Part shown: positions 1 to 13,244 of the stretch, piece by piece | Layout: every line of letters begins with the position of its first letter | How positions within the stretch are numbered: position 1 is the first letter of the stretch | Assembly (NCBI RefSeq): GCF_018977255.1 | Contig: NW_024704742.1 | Location: forward strand, 11,162,001 to 11,226,000 | DNA length: 64,000 nucleotides | Direction: 5' to 3' | DNA from: Callorhinchus milii | Taxonomy: Eukaryota | The notes under the pieces: generated by a model | The model's database searches: none | What the model was told of the DNA's origin: nothing | Seen by the model: only the letters and a program-made list of their open reading frames with translations | Position numbers and translations under genes: made by a program

Positions 1-2715
1 GGAAGTCCTAAATTCATTTTGACCCTAATTTGAGAAACTATTTAATATTAAGATTGTAAGTGGTTGTGTGCCATCATTAACAGATGGCTTTCTTTGGTTC
101 CTTTGCCCATTTTTAATGTTTACATTTTTGTTCCCTTATCGTTGTGACGTTGGTTCCTACCTCATGTCTGAAGTGAGTTGTATATCATGCATAAGTATTC
201 TCAATGAACGTTGTGTACATCTGAAGAATTTCTGAATATGTATTTCTCCTTTAACATTCCCTTGACAAAGCAAGATACCTAGCGATTGTCTAGCAAAACA
301 ATACCTAAAGAGTAATTACTGTAAAACAGAGACAGTTTGATGTGATGAGGTTCTTCAAAACATTAGGTGTGAGAGAGCGCAATGGGAATTTACTTGCTGT
401 GTTTTTTCTGGAAAGACCTGTCCTCAAGTTTGTAATGATGATCCAGCAAACATTGGGAATAGAGTGTATGCTATATTGTAGGAATGAACCCATATTTTCT
501 AACTCCATAGGCAATGTGGAGAGCCCACTATCTGGCCCAGCCACCTGTATTTACAGGTTTTGAACCTCAAGAATCTGTATTTTCTCCACAGATACTCTTT
601 TTTTCTTATAAATTAAGTACGTCCAATTATCTTCTTTGAGACTTTCCTTTCTGTTTTGGGTCTGCCCTTGTGTTGTATGATTCCTTAGGAGCTAGTTATA
701 GTCTATAGAATAGTCGGTAAAGTAAATTGACCGTATATTTGTGGGCGTAGTTGTCCTCCGATACTGACAAAATGACTAATCTTCATGTGTGAGCCTTGGA
801 AATGACTGTTGATAAGCCAGCTGACAGTCCTGTGACAACCAGAAGAGGTTGCTGAAGAGGGAACAGGAGCAAAAACCCTGGCTGTTTTCTTTCCATCTCT
901 AACTCTGGGAAGATTGGAGCCAATTGAGCCTCCCAATATAACCCCAGCAAACGAGCAAACTTCCAACAAACTCAATACGGACGGAGATTCTCATTTGTAT
1001 GCTCCAGCTCTATCCACTACATAATCGGCATCACTTTTCTGGGGGTAATAATTCCTTCAAAAAATAATAATAATAAATTGATCACTTCAATCTACGACTC
1101 TTTGTGGGATACTGCTGTGCACAATTGGCTGCCACATTTCGCCCACAAAATATACGGTCAATTCACTTCAGAGTATATTCTGTGAAGGCACTTTGTCTCG
1201 AAGATGTGATCACTGTATCAAATGCAAGCATTATTATTACCAATGGGGGCTGTTCACATTCTTCTTTTGATTGTTTACAAACCTAACTATTACAGAAATG
1301 CAAAGATCAGTTTAATGCAGTTATTATAAGTCACTTTCACACACGCTTGTGATTTGTGAACCTTCTTTAAACAGTGCCCGGAGAACCAAACACGACTGAT
1401 ATAACATGACATCCTTTGGGACTTGTGGTAAAACAGCTGAAACTTGTTTAGTCTCTGGAATTTATGGCTGAAAAAGGGGTTCCATGGAACAGACTGAAGT
1501 CTCAAATCTTTTTGTAGATTCAAAACTCTTTTTGGAATCAGTCTTTTTTTATCATTAAAAAAAGTACAAGTTACGGTTCCGAGCTAATTCTCTGCCTGCT
1601 TCACACGTGATATGTAAAGGTTCAGACAGATGCAGGAAAACACGACTTCCAAAGCACAGTGACACCTACTTATAATGTAAAACTATTATTTGAACCGTTT
1701 ATGTGGGTGAGCACTGGGGAATAAATGTTTAATTTAAATCAAAATCGCTTGAACCGGTGTACAGGTGTGCTCTAAGTATCNTTTTTTATGTTGCATTACT
1801 TCAAAACACCAACTGTATTGAGTGATTTGTTATATAAATTCTACATAGCTACCACGAGAATCGCCAAAGGCCAAAGTGTTTGCAGGGCAGTTGATTCAAT
1901 ACAAAAGCCATGCGAATTAATGCATTAGATTGCTTTTGGAATGATATCAATGGAATCCCTCTTGGTGTAAAAAGCATTGCATTGGGATCACATTGCCTTT
2001 ATCAAACGACTGCGCCCCCACCCACCCCGCTCCCCAAGCTGGCTAAACACAAAAACTATTTGCTTTAAAGGAGACTTATGCATTTGTTTGGCTGTTTGGA
2101 TGCAGTGCATGTTGTTTCTTTCAACTCTTTGTGTGACTGCAATATTGTTTGAGTCACAACTAACTATAATGGAACTGATTCCGTTTAATCCTGGGAGAGA
2201 GGCAGTAACATTAGTGAATAATAGATACCTGGAAGCGTTTGGGAGGTGGCAATCCCATTGCTGGATATAGAGAGATATTATATAGTTTAATAGATAGCTG
2301 GAAGGTGTAACAAGGCAATAATCTTATTGAGGGGTTCCAATAATTTTGATAGATATCTATATATCTGCACCACTGGTTGCAGGAGAGCTGTCTGTTTGAA
2401 AGGTTAGGATGGTTAACATAAAGAGAATAATTGACACTCAGGAGTGATTAAAAGGCAATAATCTGATTTAAGAGGATCTCAAAACTGGTGAACTATTAGT
2501 TCATAATTCATAAAGTCATCTAAAGCTCTGGATGAGATTCACATCAGGCAATTCCCTCAGTTGCACGTACCCTTTGATTCGTAGTATATCTACAGTGAGA
2601 AACTTGACTTGTTTAGTTCTAACAAGACTGCAGTCGCACTGTGATGCCCAGTCTACCCCATTGTTAAGCACATGAGTATTCCACATTGCAGAATTAATGG
2701 CTGCAATGCAAAACT

Positions 2716-3078
2716 GAGTCCTGTAACTCAATGGTTAGAGTACTCGCCTAGCAAGTGAGAGACCTGGGTTCAATTCCCAGCAGGGCAAAATGTTGGGCAA
2801 GTTTCCTTTTCTTACTTCCATGCTTCTGTTTACCTAGCAGTAAATTGGAACTCAGCTGTTAGTCGATTGGCGGATCGCTTTTCCTGGGTTAATAATCCCC
2901 CCCAAAAATAATAATTTGGTCACTCAATCCACAACTGTTGTGGAACACTGCTGTGCGCAATTGACTGCCACGTTTTGCCCACAAATATATCATCAATTCA
3001 CTTTACAATATAATCTGTGAAGTGCTTTGACACATCTGGAAGACTTGATTAGGCACTATATCCCAAGCAAAGATAATT
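2716..3078 (+). mobile_element. tRNA-Ala-like SINE, long-body older subfamily
   Basis: tRNA head plus central 'ctgtttacctagcagtaaat.ggaac' block plus shared 3' tail. Confidence 0.85.
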
Positions 3079-3779
3079 GCCACAAACTTATCAAATGTTA
3101 TCTTCTAATAAACTGAAGGAATGGTTCAGTGATCTGTATAGCTTCCTCCTGTTTCTGTGTTCCTAAATGCTATTGAAAAATTAACTCCCAGGGGGAAACA
3201 TTAAACCAAGTTTGTGTTTAGGTTATTTAGAAACATGAACAAAGTTGAAATGTTCTTATATTTCTCCATTTTCGCTGTAAAATATTTAGAAGAACACATG
3301 TCAGAATTTCTTACATGAAGAGTTAAATCTTTGTGATATTTTGAAATAACTGGTGCTGAATAAGTAGCTAATAAAGAGCAGATGTTAAACTAGTCAGATG
3401 TTGTTGGAGCTGAATTTGGTGGCAATGTGGGAGGTTGATGGAGAAATTGATAGCTTTAGTTTGGGGAGCTATGGCACAGGTACAATGTGCCAAATGGCCC
3501 CCATCTGTTGAAACTTCTGATTCTATGAATTCAGGGTAGGGGTCAAATTCCTTTTTTGAGCTTTGAGGCAGGCATCAATTGAATCATTATCTCTGTGGAA
3601 GTAAGCTGATCTCAACCAGAGTGGCAGTGCGATTGGGGGGTGAAGAAGGGGGGAATTTGTATGTAACAAGTGGCATCACTATTATGTAATTCTTTAATTA
3701 GGCTAGGGATCACTAGCATTCCTGCTGCTAAATGCTAATATTATAAAACATATTGAAAGTACCAAGCTATGTGGAGTGT

Positions 3780-4040
3780 TGAATAACAAATGTCATTCAG
3801 GGAAGATGTGGGCCAATTAAGCTGATAGACTGAGCAATGGCAGATGGATTTTAATGTAGTTCAATATAAGGTAATGGATAATGGACAAGAAACAGTAACC
3901 AAGCATATACCATGAAGTGCTGTTCATTAGTAGAAGTGGAAAGGGGAAAGGATTTGGATATAATTATTGATCACTGGCTGAAGGTTTCCAATTCAATGTG
4001 AAGCTGTTATCTGCAAAAGCTAATCAAATTTTCAGGTTGC
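3780..4040 (+). mobile_element. Old degenerate CR1 RT fragment
   Basis: Remnants such as 'tggcagatggattttaatgta' and 'gaaaaggatttggatataatt...ctgaaggtttcca' match the CR1 WQM.FN..KC / EKDLGV region. Confidence 0.55.
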
Positions 4041-4552
4041 ATCTTGAAGGTATTTAACTAAAGGGGAAATGAATAATTTTAGCCTTTCCTTGAATGAGTC
4101 TTTGGAGGGAAGAAGGCTCACATTAAATGGTAGAGATTTGCCGATGGATGAATATTCTGCTGCTTTAACTTGTTTGCTTCTTTTAAAAAGGGAGAAGCTG
4201 GGTATATATTTCATAGGAATAAAATGAATAATAATTCTTGCATGTGTTATACAGTGTTCTAGACATCTCAAAATATATCACTGAATATACTGTGAAGTGA
4301 ATTGACTACATTTGTGGGCAAAACGTAGCAACCAATTGCATACAGCAGTGTCCCACAAACAGTTGTGGATTGAAGTGACTGATTTATTATTGTTTTTTTT
4401 CTTGAGGGATTATTATCACTAGCAATATGGAATCTAGGATTTGTGTGCATGATGGTTTTCTGAACTGAATAGCCATCTTGCGTTCCTTATTTGCTTTTGT
4501 TCTTAATCTGTTCCTAACAGTCGAGGCTTTCACATTGGGGAGATAGCTGATA

Positions 4553-5165
4553 TATTAGAATACATTAGAATACATTAGAATATACAGCACAGAAACAGAC
4601 CATTCGGTCCAACTGGTCTATGCCGGTTTATGTTCCACATGCGCCTCCTCCTGCCCTTCCTCAACTGAGCCTTCAAGCATACCCTTCTATTCCTTTCTCC
4701 CTCAGGTACCTATCTAACTTCCCCTCAAATACATCTATGCTATTTGCCTCAACAACTCCTTGTGGTAGCATGTTCCACATTCCCACTATTCTCTGTGTGA
4801 ATAAATTTATTTTAACTTCTCTATTTGATCTATTTGTGACTATTTTATATTGAGGGCCCCTGGTTTTGATCTCTCCCACAAGTGGAAACATCTTCTGTAT
4901 ATCTACCCTATCAAAACCTTTCATAATTTTAAAGATTTCTTATCAGGTCATCCATTACCCTCCTCTTTTCAAGAGAAAAGAGTCCAATCACGTTCAGCCT
5001 TTCCTGATAGGTATAACCTTTCAGTTCTGGGATCATCCTTGTGAATCTTCTTTGCACCCTCTCCAGTGCCTCTACATCCCTTCTATAATGTGGGGACCAG
5101 AACTGCACACAGTATTCTAAGTGTGGTCTAACCAAGGTTCAATAGAAGTTTACCATAACTTTCAT
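4553..5165 (-). mobile_element. CR1 3' fragment with (TTCTAATGTA)n tail
   Basis: Minus-strand ORFs VRPHLEYCVQFWSPHYRRD and FTQRIVGMWNMLP; 10-bp tail repeat at 4553-4580. Confidence 0.9.
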
Positions 5166-5199
5166 CCTGTCTGCTCCCATTCTCTAGAACTCCAACTCA

Positions 5200-6440
5200 G
5201 AGTCACTTTGACCCAAGTGCCTTGGGACCTCCTCCCGATGGAAAGGCGCTATACAAATATAATTTTGTATTGTATCCCCTCCCTTGCTTCCTTCAAGGTC
5301 CGCTTCAAGACCTTCCTCTTTGACCAACGTTTCCCTCACTGACCCCGCGCCCCTTTTGAGGAACTCTTTCCTTCTCTTTCGCCCCGTTTTGATTATTTCC
5401 CCCTCCTCACCCCCTGCTCCTTCCTCCCCTCAGCCCCTACTTCAGCTCGGGTACAACACTTGTCCAATGCCTTGGGACATCCTCCCGATGAGAAAGGTGC
5501 TACATAAATGTAAATTTGCATTATATGGTGTGTTACAAGGACAGGCTTTAGAAAGCATTAGACAAATGTGACATTGCACAGCAGATTCAATAATTATTGA
5601 ATATGTGCATTATTATCCATGGGGATAAAGCAGGTATAACTCATCTTTATTGCTAATTTGAAATTTAGCAGTATTTGTTATAACTAATACAGGACAGGCC
5701 TTAATGAGACCTATTATAACGCACTAAATATGTTGTGCATAAGCAGTACTGTATTGAGAAATCTAGGTGAAGGGCCAAGGCAACCTAGTGCAGTGAATCA
5801 TCTTTGTACTTTAATTGCTTGTCTATGCCAGAGTATATTGTCTTCTTTGGGTTTGCCTGGCCATTCCTTACTTGTGCCCTGCTCTTGATAAAGCCATTTC
5901 AGAACATGACTTCACCTCCCTTAACTCCTCCATCCCATGCCCCATCACCCAACCCACCCCCATCTCCTACCCGCCCTGGGAAAAACATCTCCCCCATCTC
6001 CACCGCCCTGGAGTCATCTGAACTCCTCCCCATTTGGGTTTCCCAAACCGACATATCCTCTTCGGTCAATCTCCATCGCAACTCCCTCTCTGCCACTCTC
6101 GATGCCCTTGTCCCCCTCACTTCCTGAACTACATCCTACTCACGCAAGTCACCCTGGTACACCAGACATCACCATTCTCTCAAGGCCGAATGCATCTGAC
6201 TCAAATCTAACTTAACGGTCCAACAGCAGATCTGGCTCACAGCATCAAAACTTACCGCTCCGCTATCTCAAGGCGCTCCTCTTCAACCGCTTCTATGGCC
6301 ATCCTCCTACCCCTACCCTTTCTGTCCTCCACCCCTCCTGATCCCAACACCCTGCTCGGGTCCAAATCCCTTACTGTCCAGTACCTTGGGACATTCTCCC
6401 GACAGGAAAGGCGCTATACAAATGTAATTTGTTGTTGTTG
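5200..6440 (+). mobile_element. Cluster of short L2 fragments (5200-5530 and 5885-6440)
   Basis: Repeated L2 3' stem-loops ('ccttggga..tcctcccga..gaaaggcgc') and a post-endonuclease segment matching 52120-52520. Confidence 0.75.
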
Positions 6441-6664
6441 TACCCCTCTGACCTTGAGATCTCTTATTCTTCATGTGTAACATCATAACACATATTCTTA
6501 GATCACTGAGTTAATCACACTTATACTGATAGTTTGTGGATGAATTTGAAAAGCAACTTGATTCTGCGGTGAGAAGATATTAGATCTGAAAGAATCATAT
6601 CAAAATCAGGCCAAAGGATCTTGTGACTATGTTTGCTCACTGAAGTTCAGTATTCATCTCCTCA

Positions 6665-7228
6665 GGAGACTAGGTCCCATTGGAGCTGAACGTCCCCCAA
6701 CCCACCTGCCCCACCATTGGTGGGAGTGCCTTCAGCCACTCTGCCCCCAACCTCTGGAACTCCATCCCCCAATGACTCCACCTCGCCCCCTCCTTAGCCT
6801 CCTTCAAGTCCTGCCTCAAGACCCTCCTCTTCAACCATGCCATCGGTCAACCCCCTTCCTCTCCCCTCCCTTCTCCCCCCCCCTGACCCCAGCTCAGGTC
6901 TGAAATGCTGTACAGTGTCCAGCGCCTTGGAACGTCCTCCTGACGTGAAAGGCACTTTACAAATGTAATCTTGTTGTTGTTGTTGCTGTTGAACTGGTGA
7001 CATGTCTGGCAACGGAGTGTTGGAATCAAGCCAACCCTCTGTGGCGGTCTCAGTAACCCAGTTCCTGTGCCAGGCGGGTCTGCAGTATTCCAGGGCACTG
7101 CTGATGACAGCACAGGCAGCCTGGCTCATCGGCAGGACTTGGAAAGGCAGACCAGTCACTGGGGCAGAGAGTCATCCCATTCAGCTCCTGTTAACCCTCG
7201 AAACCAAAGCCCTAATGGGTAGGGTGGT
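6665..7228 (+). repeat. Unclassified structured interspersed repeat, copy 1 (interrupted by L2 at 6692-6989)
   Basis: Homologous to 30375-30651(-) and 62612-62880(+). Confidence 0.8.
6692..6989 (+). mobile_element. L2 3' fragment inserted into the structured repeat, with TGAAC target duplication
   Basis: L2 tail and (TTG)n; TGAAC at 6687-6691 and 6990-6994. Confidence 0.85.
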
Positions 7229-7756
7229 CCTAGCTGTAAAAGCAGCGGGAAAGCTTGCCAGACAGTGCTATCAATGGCAAGCTATGCGGTTTTAGCTGGT
7301 TAGACTCCACCAGTACCCTAATGCACACTGGGGTCCCCGAGCCTTGGCTCCTGCCAACTTGTGCTTAATGCTGTTTAGAAGCAAAAAAATGGGTTGCATC
7401 CCTTCAGGGAGAGAGTGCATGGAACTCTGTTTGGTTTGGATACGGTGATGGGTTTCCACTTGTGACAAATACTCACCTGACCCAAAAGAAATCCTGGCGT
7501 ATATTATTTTTATTCTGTATCTCAAAGATAATAGTAATAATAGTAAACAAATTCTGCGATTCGTCCACTGTCATAACACTCAAATCACTCTGTTCTCTGT
7601 GCCCATCCACAGAATCCACTTGGCCTGCTCTGAGTGATTTCCTGACATCAAACTACCCCTCTTTACTTGACATCAATTCAGATATCATTGACATAAATCT
7701 TTAACCATGCTTGTATCACTGAATCACCCTTTTCTTTAAATTCTCTCCTATTCGTT

Positions 7757-8127
7757 GAGTCCTGTAGCTTAGTGGTTAGAGCTCTCGCCTCTCGAGAGGA
7801 CCTGGGTTTAATTCCCAGAAATGTTGGCCAAGTTTCCTTACTCCACATGCCTCTGTTTAACTTGCAGTAAGTAGGAACCCAGTTGTTAGTTGATTGGTGG
7901 ATCGCTTTTATGGGGGTAATAATTTCTTCCAAAACATTTTTNAAAAAATAATAATTTGGTCACTCAATCCACAACTGTTTGTGGAACACTGCTGTGCGCA
8001 ATTGGCTGCCGCGTTTCTCCCACAAAAAATACTGTCAGTTCACTTTACAGTATATTCTGTGAAGCACTTTGAGTTGTCTCGAAGACCTGATAAGGTGCTA
8101 TATCAAATGCAAGGATTATTATTATTG
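7757..8127 (+). mobile_element. tRNA-Ala-like SINE, long-body subfamily
   Basis: Same organisation as 2716-3078. Confidence 0.85.
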
Positions 8128-9579
8128 TTTTCCAGTTCTTCCCCATTTCCCTTAATATTATTTTGAAAGTTATCAATGACAATCTTTCTATCTGTGACAG
8201 TGCCTTTCGATCTCTGTCTCTGTCAGGCTTTTAGCATAACCTCACCCATTTTCTGGAACTCAATCCCGGAGTCAGGTCAACTCGCCCCTTCCCTCACCTC
8301 CTTCAAAATCCTTCTCAACGCCTTCCTCTTTGACAACACTTTCAGCCATCTTTCCCTCCCTCACCCACTCAAACCCCACCCTCTATTTGATGCAAATCCT
8401 GAATTGTCCAAAGCCTTGAGACGTCCTTCCAATGTGAAGGTCATTGTAAAAATGTAAATTTGTATTGTACATTTTAATGCTCAATATTTATCCAGTTCCA
8501 TTTATTCAGTGTTAATAGCCAGACGTGGCAATGAAATCCAGATCTTACGAATCCCTGAGTGAAGAAGTTCCTTCTAACCTCTCCTTATTTTATCATCTAA
8601 CACTTCATCTAACACTTCTACTCTGTGCTTTTACTCTTGATGCTTACCAAATGTGTTGCTCTCTTGTTCTTCCAACATTGCCTTGCTCTCTTCCACAAAC
8701 TTGTCTATTAAATTCTTTGCTCTGTTCTTTATTCATTTTTCTTTTTATTGTCTGCCTCTACCCCAAAATAACATTATCTGACCAAGGGCAACATACATTG
8801 CAATCTGCTCCCAGGTTACTACCAAATGTTGCTATGCAATGTCGCAGTGGGAACTGTGTGTGAGAGCACTCCAGGGGTCTTACCCTCTCATTTTCCCCTT
8901 GCTCTATCCCTGGGATGGGAGCGGAAGTCTGTTGGCTGAAGATCTGAAACTCTCCATGGGAAGAAATATTGATGCCAACCCGCAGGCTTACATACAATGC
9001 ATTGGTACATAAACACTATCCCAGCATAGACCCCATAATGCTATCAAAGTAGTAACCAGTGCTGAGAACAATAATAGGTGATGAGATCTCTGATTGAAAG
9101 CACTGTGAATGAACTACTGCTCAATGTGTGATTTATTTACTGTGATATATAATGCAGTAAATAGTAACACTCTCTGCTATCTAATGTTTTGAACATAGAG
9201 GATCCTGGAGGCGAAACACTAAGATATGAATTGTATTCCTCCTGATGCATTGACCAGAAAATGTAGTAATATTAAAAAATATTTTATTTGGACTTGATAT
9301 AGCTCCCTTTTCCGTTGCCAAAAATGTCTCAATGCGCTTCACAGGAATTACTGGAAAGTGTATTTGTAGGTTTCCTGACTCAGTTTAAATTGTGCTTCAC
9401 CAATGAATCTATTCATCTACCTATTCACCCATTGCTCTCATCCTATCTTTATTTTTCTGACATTTACAGATAATTTCAAAATATCTCAACATCAGATGTA
9501 CACAAGGCATTTCAAACTTGCTGCTTTGCACTGGGTGCAAATCCTACCAGAATAAAGTCAACCCTTTTCATATTATGCC

Positions 9580-10250
9580 AGTGTTGAGTAATGTTCCACC
9601 ACTGTCTCATACCGCAGGTCGCCGAAACCCTCACACACGCAATAATAACATCCAGGCTTGCAAGCTTGACTATGCAAACTCCCTGCTTGTCGGCCTCCCT
9701 AGCTCCTCCCTCCATAGGCTACAGATCATCCAGAACTCTGCAGCCCATGTCCTCTCCCGCACCAGGCTCCTTGACCCTATCACCCCATCTTCGCCTGACT
9801 CCACTAGCTTCCCATCACACAGAGGACTCAGTTCAAGATCCTGGTCCTCACCTTCAAAGCCCTCCATGGCCTTGCTAGCCCCTACCCTGTGACCTCCTAA
9901 CCCCCTGCCAGCCTGCCCGCTCCCTCCGCTCAGCGTGCTCCAGCCTGCTTCACATCCCTCGCCTAGCCCACCATTAGCAGACGGGCCTTCAGCCACTCTG
10001 CTCCCACCCTCTGGAACTCTCCCCGAAGCACCTATGCCTCGCCCCCTCACTTGCCTCTTTCAAGACCCATCTCAAGATCCTCCTCTTCGACCGTGCTTTC
10101 GATCACCCTCCCTTCCCCCACCAACCTCCACCCTCCCGGATCCTAACCCCCAGCTTGGGTCCAAAACACTGATTGTCCAGTGCCTTGGGATGTCCTCCCG
10201 ATGTGAAAGGCGCTATACAAATGTAATTTTGTTGTTGTGGTTATTGTTGT
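9580..10250 (+). mobile_element. L2 3' fragment
   Basis: Peptide KLDYANSLLVGLPSSSLHRLQIIQNSAA; L2 stem-loop and TTG tail. Confidence 0.85.
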
Positions 10251-10729
10251 TGCTGCTGTCCTTGGTTTCCTTGTGTGTATTTCCTCAGCAAGTTATTAGA
10301 TGGTGGAGTAAGTGTGGTACTCCAGCCTAAACTCCTACATGTTAGCAATTGCTATTAATTGCAGCCTGGCTGGTCTTGTTTTGTGATTTGTTTTAAAAGG
10401 AGTTTCCAGATTTTGAAAAAAATCGATTCTTGTTTGGACAATTCATTTACGGGGGAATAACATGCTGACTGCAATTACCCAGTTTATTTTGCTGACCATT
10501 TGTTCTGATTATGGCTATTTAATTTTTAAAAAATGCACTAACATTTACGGTACCTTTGGATGTCTAAACATCTCAAAGGGCTTTACCAATAATTAATGTC
10601 AAGCATAGTGACCAATTATACAGGCAAACATAGCAGTTATTGCTGTCAGCAGACAGTCGTGAGGTGAATCTGGAGTATGATTGGCTGAGACAATAGGGGA
10701 AACTTCCTTAATGTTCTTTCCTAAGCATC

Positions 10730-11520
10730 AGAGGTCCACACCTCAGGAACTGGCATCATCACTATGCAAGGATGCCACCTCGCCAAACAGTCCTGAACCT
10801 TGACGTCTTGTTTGACCCTCAACCATCATTTCTATCCCACATCCATATCATGACCCACTCTGCCTTCCCCCACCTGCGCAACTTCACCTGGCTTCCCCAC
10901 TGCCTCACACCTCAGGCCACCAAAACCCTCATCCATGCATTTATTACATCTAGGCTCGACTACGCTAATGCCCTGCTTGTCGGCCTCCACAACTCTTCCC
11001 TCCACAAGCTGCAGGTCATTCAGAACTCTGCTGGTCGTGTCCTTTCCCGCACAAGGCTCCATGACCCATCACACCCACCCTCGCCTGACTCCCCTGGCTT
11101 CCCATCCCCCAGAGGATAGAGTTCAAAATCCTCATCCACACCTTCAAGACCCTTCATGGCCTTGCCCCTTTCTACCTCTGTGACCTGCTAACCCCTTATC
11201 AACCTGTCCCGTCCCTCCGCTCAGCAGGCTCAGGCCTGCTCCATGTCCCCCACCCGACCCGACCCTCACCATCAGCTGTTGAGCCCTCAGCTTCTCTGTC
11301 GCCACACTATGGAACTCCATACCACATTCCCTTCACCTCGCTCACTCCCATGCCTGTTTCAAGACATGTCTTCAAGACCTTCCTCTTCGACCACACCTTC
11401 GGCCAACCCTTCGGCCACCCTCCTACCCTTCCTGATCCCAAACCCCCTGCTCGGGTCCAAACACCTGACTGTCCAGCACCTTGTGACGTTCCCCCCAAAA
11501 TGTAAGGCGCTGTACAAATG
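10730..11520 (+). mobile_element. L2 3' fragment
   Basis: Peptide [32 protein letters not shown]2 3' end. Confidence 0.85.
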
Positions 11521-11527
11521 TACAAAT

Positions 11528-11853
11528 GGAGTCCTGTAGCTCAGTGGTTAGAGCACTCGCCTTGCAAGCGAGAGACCTGAGTTCAATTCCAGTCAGGGCG
11601 AAACCTTGGGCAAGTTTCCTTACTCCACTCGTCTAATAATAATCCCTCCAAAAAAAACACCCAAAACAATAATAAATTGGTCATTTTCAATCTACGACTG
11701 TTTGTGGGACATTGCTGTGCTCAAGTGGCTGCCACGTTCGCCCACAAATATACAGTCAATTCACTTTACAGTGTGTTCTGTGAAGCGCTTTGGGACGTCC
11801 TCCCGACGTGAAAAGCGCTATATCAAATGCAAGGATTATTATTATTATTATTG
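11528..11853 (+). mobile_element. Young full-length tRNA(Ala-TGC-like)-headed SINE, short-body subfamily with L2-type tail
   Basis: A box TAGCTCAGTGG, anticodon arm CTCGC-CTTGCAA-GCGAG, B box GTTCAATTCC, L2-like stem-loop and (ATT)n tail. Confidence 0.9.
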
Positions 11854-12976
11854 TTATTGGTGGTGGTAGTGGTTGTTCTAATACTACCCCAGAAAGTAAA
11901 TGTTGACAAGCTATTTGGGGGCAGTGCAGGGAAACTGGATTTAGGCCAGACATTATGAAGGAGTCGATAAGGAATGGGCAGATTCTAACTCACTGGAGTG
12001 GAAGCAAGTAGATGTTGTTCCCATATTCAAGAAAGGTGATAAAACTAAACCTGGCAACTACAGATGCAGTATTAGGAAAATGTATGGAGTCAAGATTTTA
12101 AAAAAAAGAATATTAAGAAAATAGAAAAGTGCCTACTGGGCATTAACAACTAAGCTATTGCAAAAGCAACCCTTACTTATGGATTAAAGACAAAAGTAAA
12201 AACAGCTCGGACATACTGAGCATTTTCTTTGCAGCTTATACTTCCTTCGAGGTACAGTATTTTGGGGAAATGACTCAATTATATGTGGAGGGTAACTGCA
12301 GGAGAAAAAGGCCATCAAGACACCCATTTTTCTTGAATAATGTTCTACCAGATGTTGTACTATCTGCATCAGTAGACAAAATAGGTGCTGCAGTAACCAG
12401 TACCCTTGATGTGCATTTCAGGATTATTCTGTGAACTCAATCATTTCATCTATTATTATTCATTCTGAGTATTGTCAACAGCCCAATTACAGCCAGACAG
12501 ACATCAATGTGGGGATGGCTTTGAACCATTGAGATCTAAATCACCATGCTCTTGAAATTGACACATAATCGATCAATCATTTAATCCTGTTGAGAAGGCT
12601 CTAAGATGCCACAAAATAAGTTTTCAAACACTCATTGCCTCTCTGAAGGGAAATGGAGACTGAATATGAAAGCAAATTGAGCTGCTGCCTGTCAGGCCAG
12701 GCACAGATTTCATAACCTCTGCCTTAAAACCATCAATCAATTCGGCGGTCAGTTTTATTCAGAGTTAATCCGTAAGAAGTCAGAAAAAAATACCACACAC
12801 ACCTATTTTGTTTTAATCACTATTTCAGTTTATTGAAGAACAAATTTACACACAAAAAAATCATATTGACCACTTACTTCAGTTAACAAATCAAGAGAAA
12901 TTTTCTGAATGCTATTCCCCCATCCCACCTCAGTTTGAGTGCTTCAAAACACTAACCGTATGAATTATGCTATAAA

Positions 12977-13244
12977 CTGAGTTCAATTCCAGGCAGGGCG
13001 AAACCTTGGGCAAGTTTCCTTACTCCACATGCCTAATAATAATTCCTCCAAAACCAAAAAAAACAATAATTAAATTGGTCATTTTCCATCTACGACTGTT
13101 TGTGGAACATTGCTGTGCGCAATTGGCTGCCGCGTTCGCCCACAAATATACAGTCAATTCACTTTACAGTGTGTTCTGTGAAGCGCTTTGGGACGTCCTC
13201 CCGACGTGAAAAGCATTATATCAAATGCAAGGATTATTATTATT
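12977..13244 (+). mobile_element. 5'-truncated young tRNA-Ala-like SINE
   Basis: Matches 11578-11853. Confidence 0.9.

Noticed and set aside
2210..2480. Degenerate repeated motifs (AATAGATA.CTGGAAG, GGCAATAATCT)
   Set aside because: Only two loose copies of each, consistent with a decayed local duplication; no further structure seen.
4050..4230. Plus-strand peptide LNESLEGRRLTLNGRDLPM resembling the dynein heavy chain motif [21 protein letters not shown]
   Set aside because: It lacks the conserved DD and surrounding WIE/ASPATVSR context, has poor splice sites and abuts CR1 debris; likely chance.
7100..7145. CTGATGA in the structured repeat as a hammerhead core or SECIS
   Set aside because: It is sequestered in a hairpin with CATCGGCAG, and there is no correctly placed GAAA/stem III or SECIS geometry.
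7165..7225. HDV-like ribozyme at the end of the structured repeat
   Set aside because: CCCATT/AATGGG could form P2, but the P1/P3/L3 nested pseudoknot could not be built.
7478..7515. Other small exon candidates (also 6533-6568, 8884-8943, 39418-39432, 47143-47191, 48527-48573)
   Set aside because: Splice-like signals occur without recognisable homology or a consistent strand; expected by chance in 64 kb.
11528..11600. tRNA-Ala(TGC) gene
   Set aside because: No acceptor-stem closure or Pol III terminator; it continues into a SINE body and is repeated many times, so it is a SINE head.
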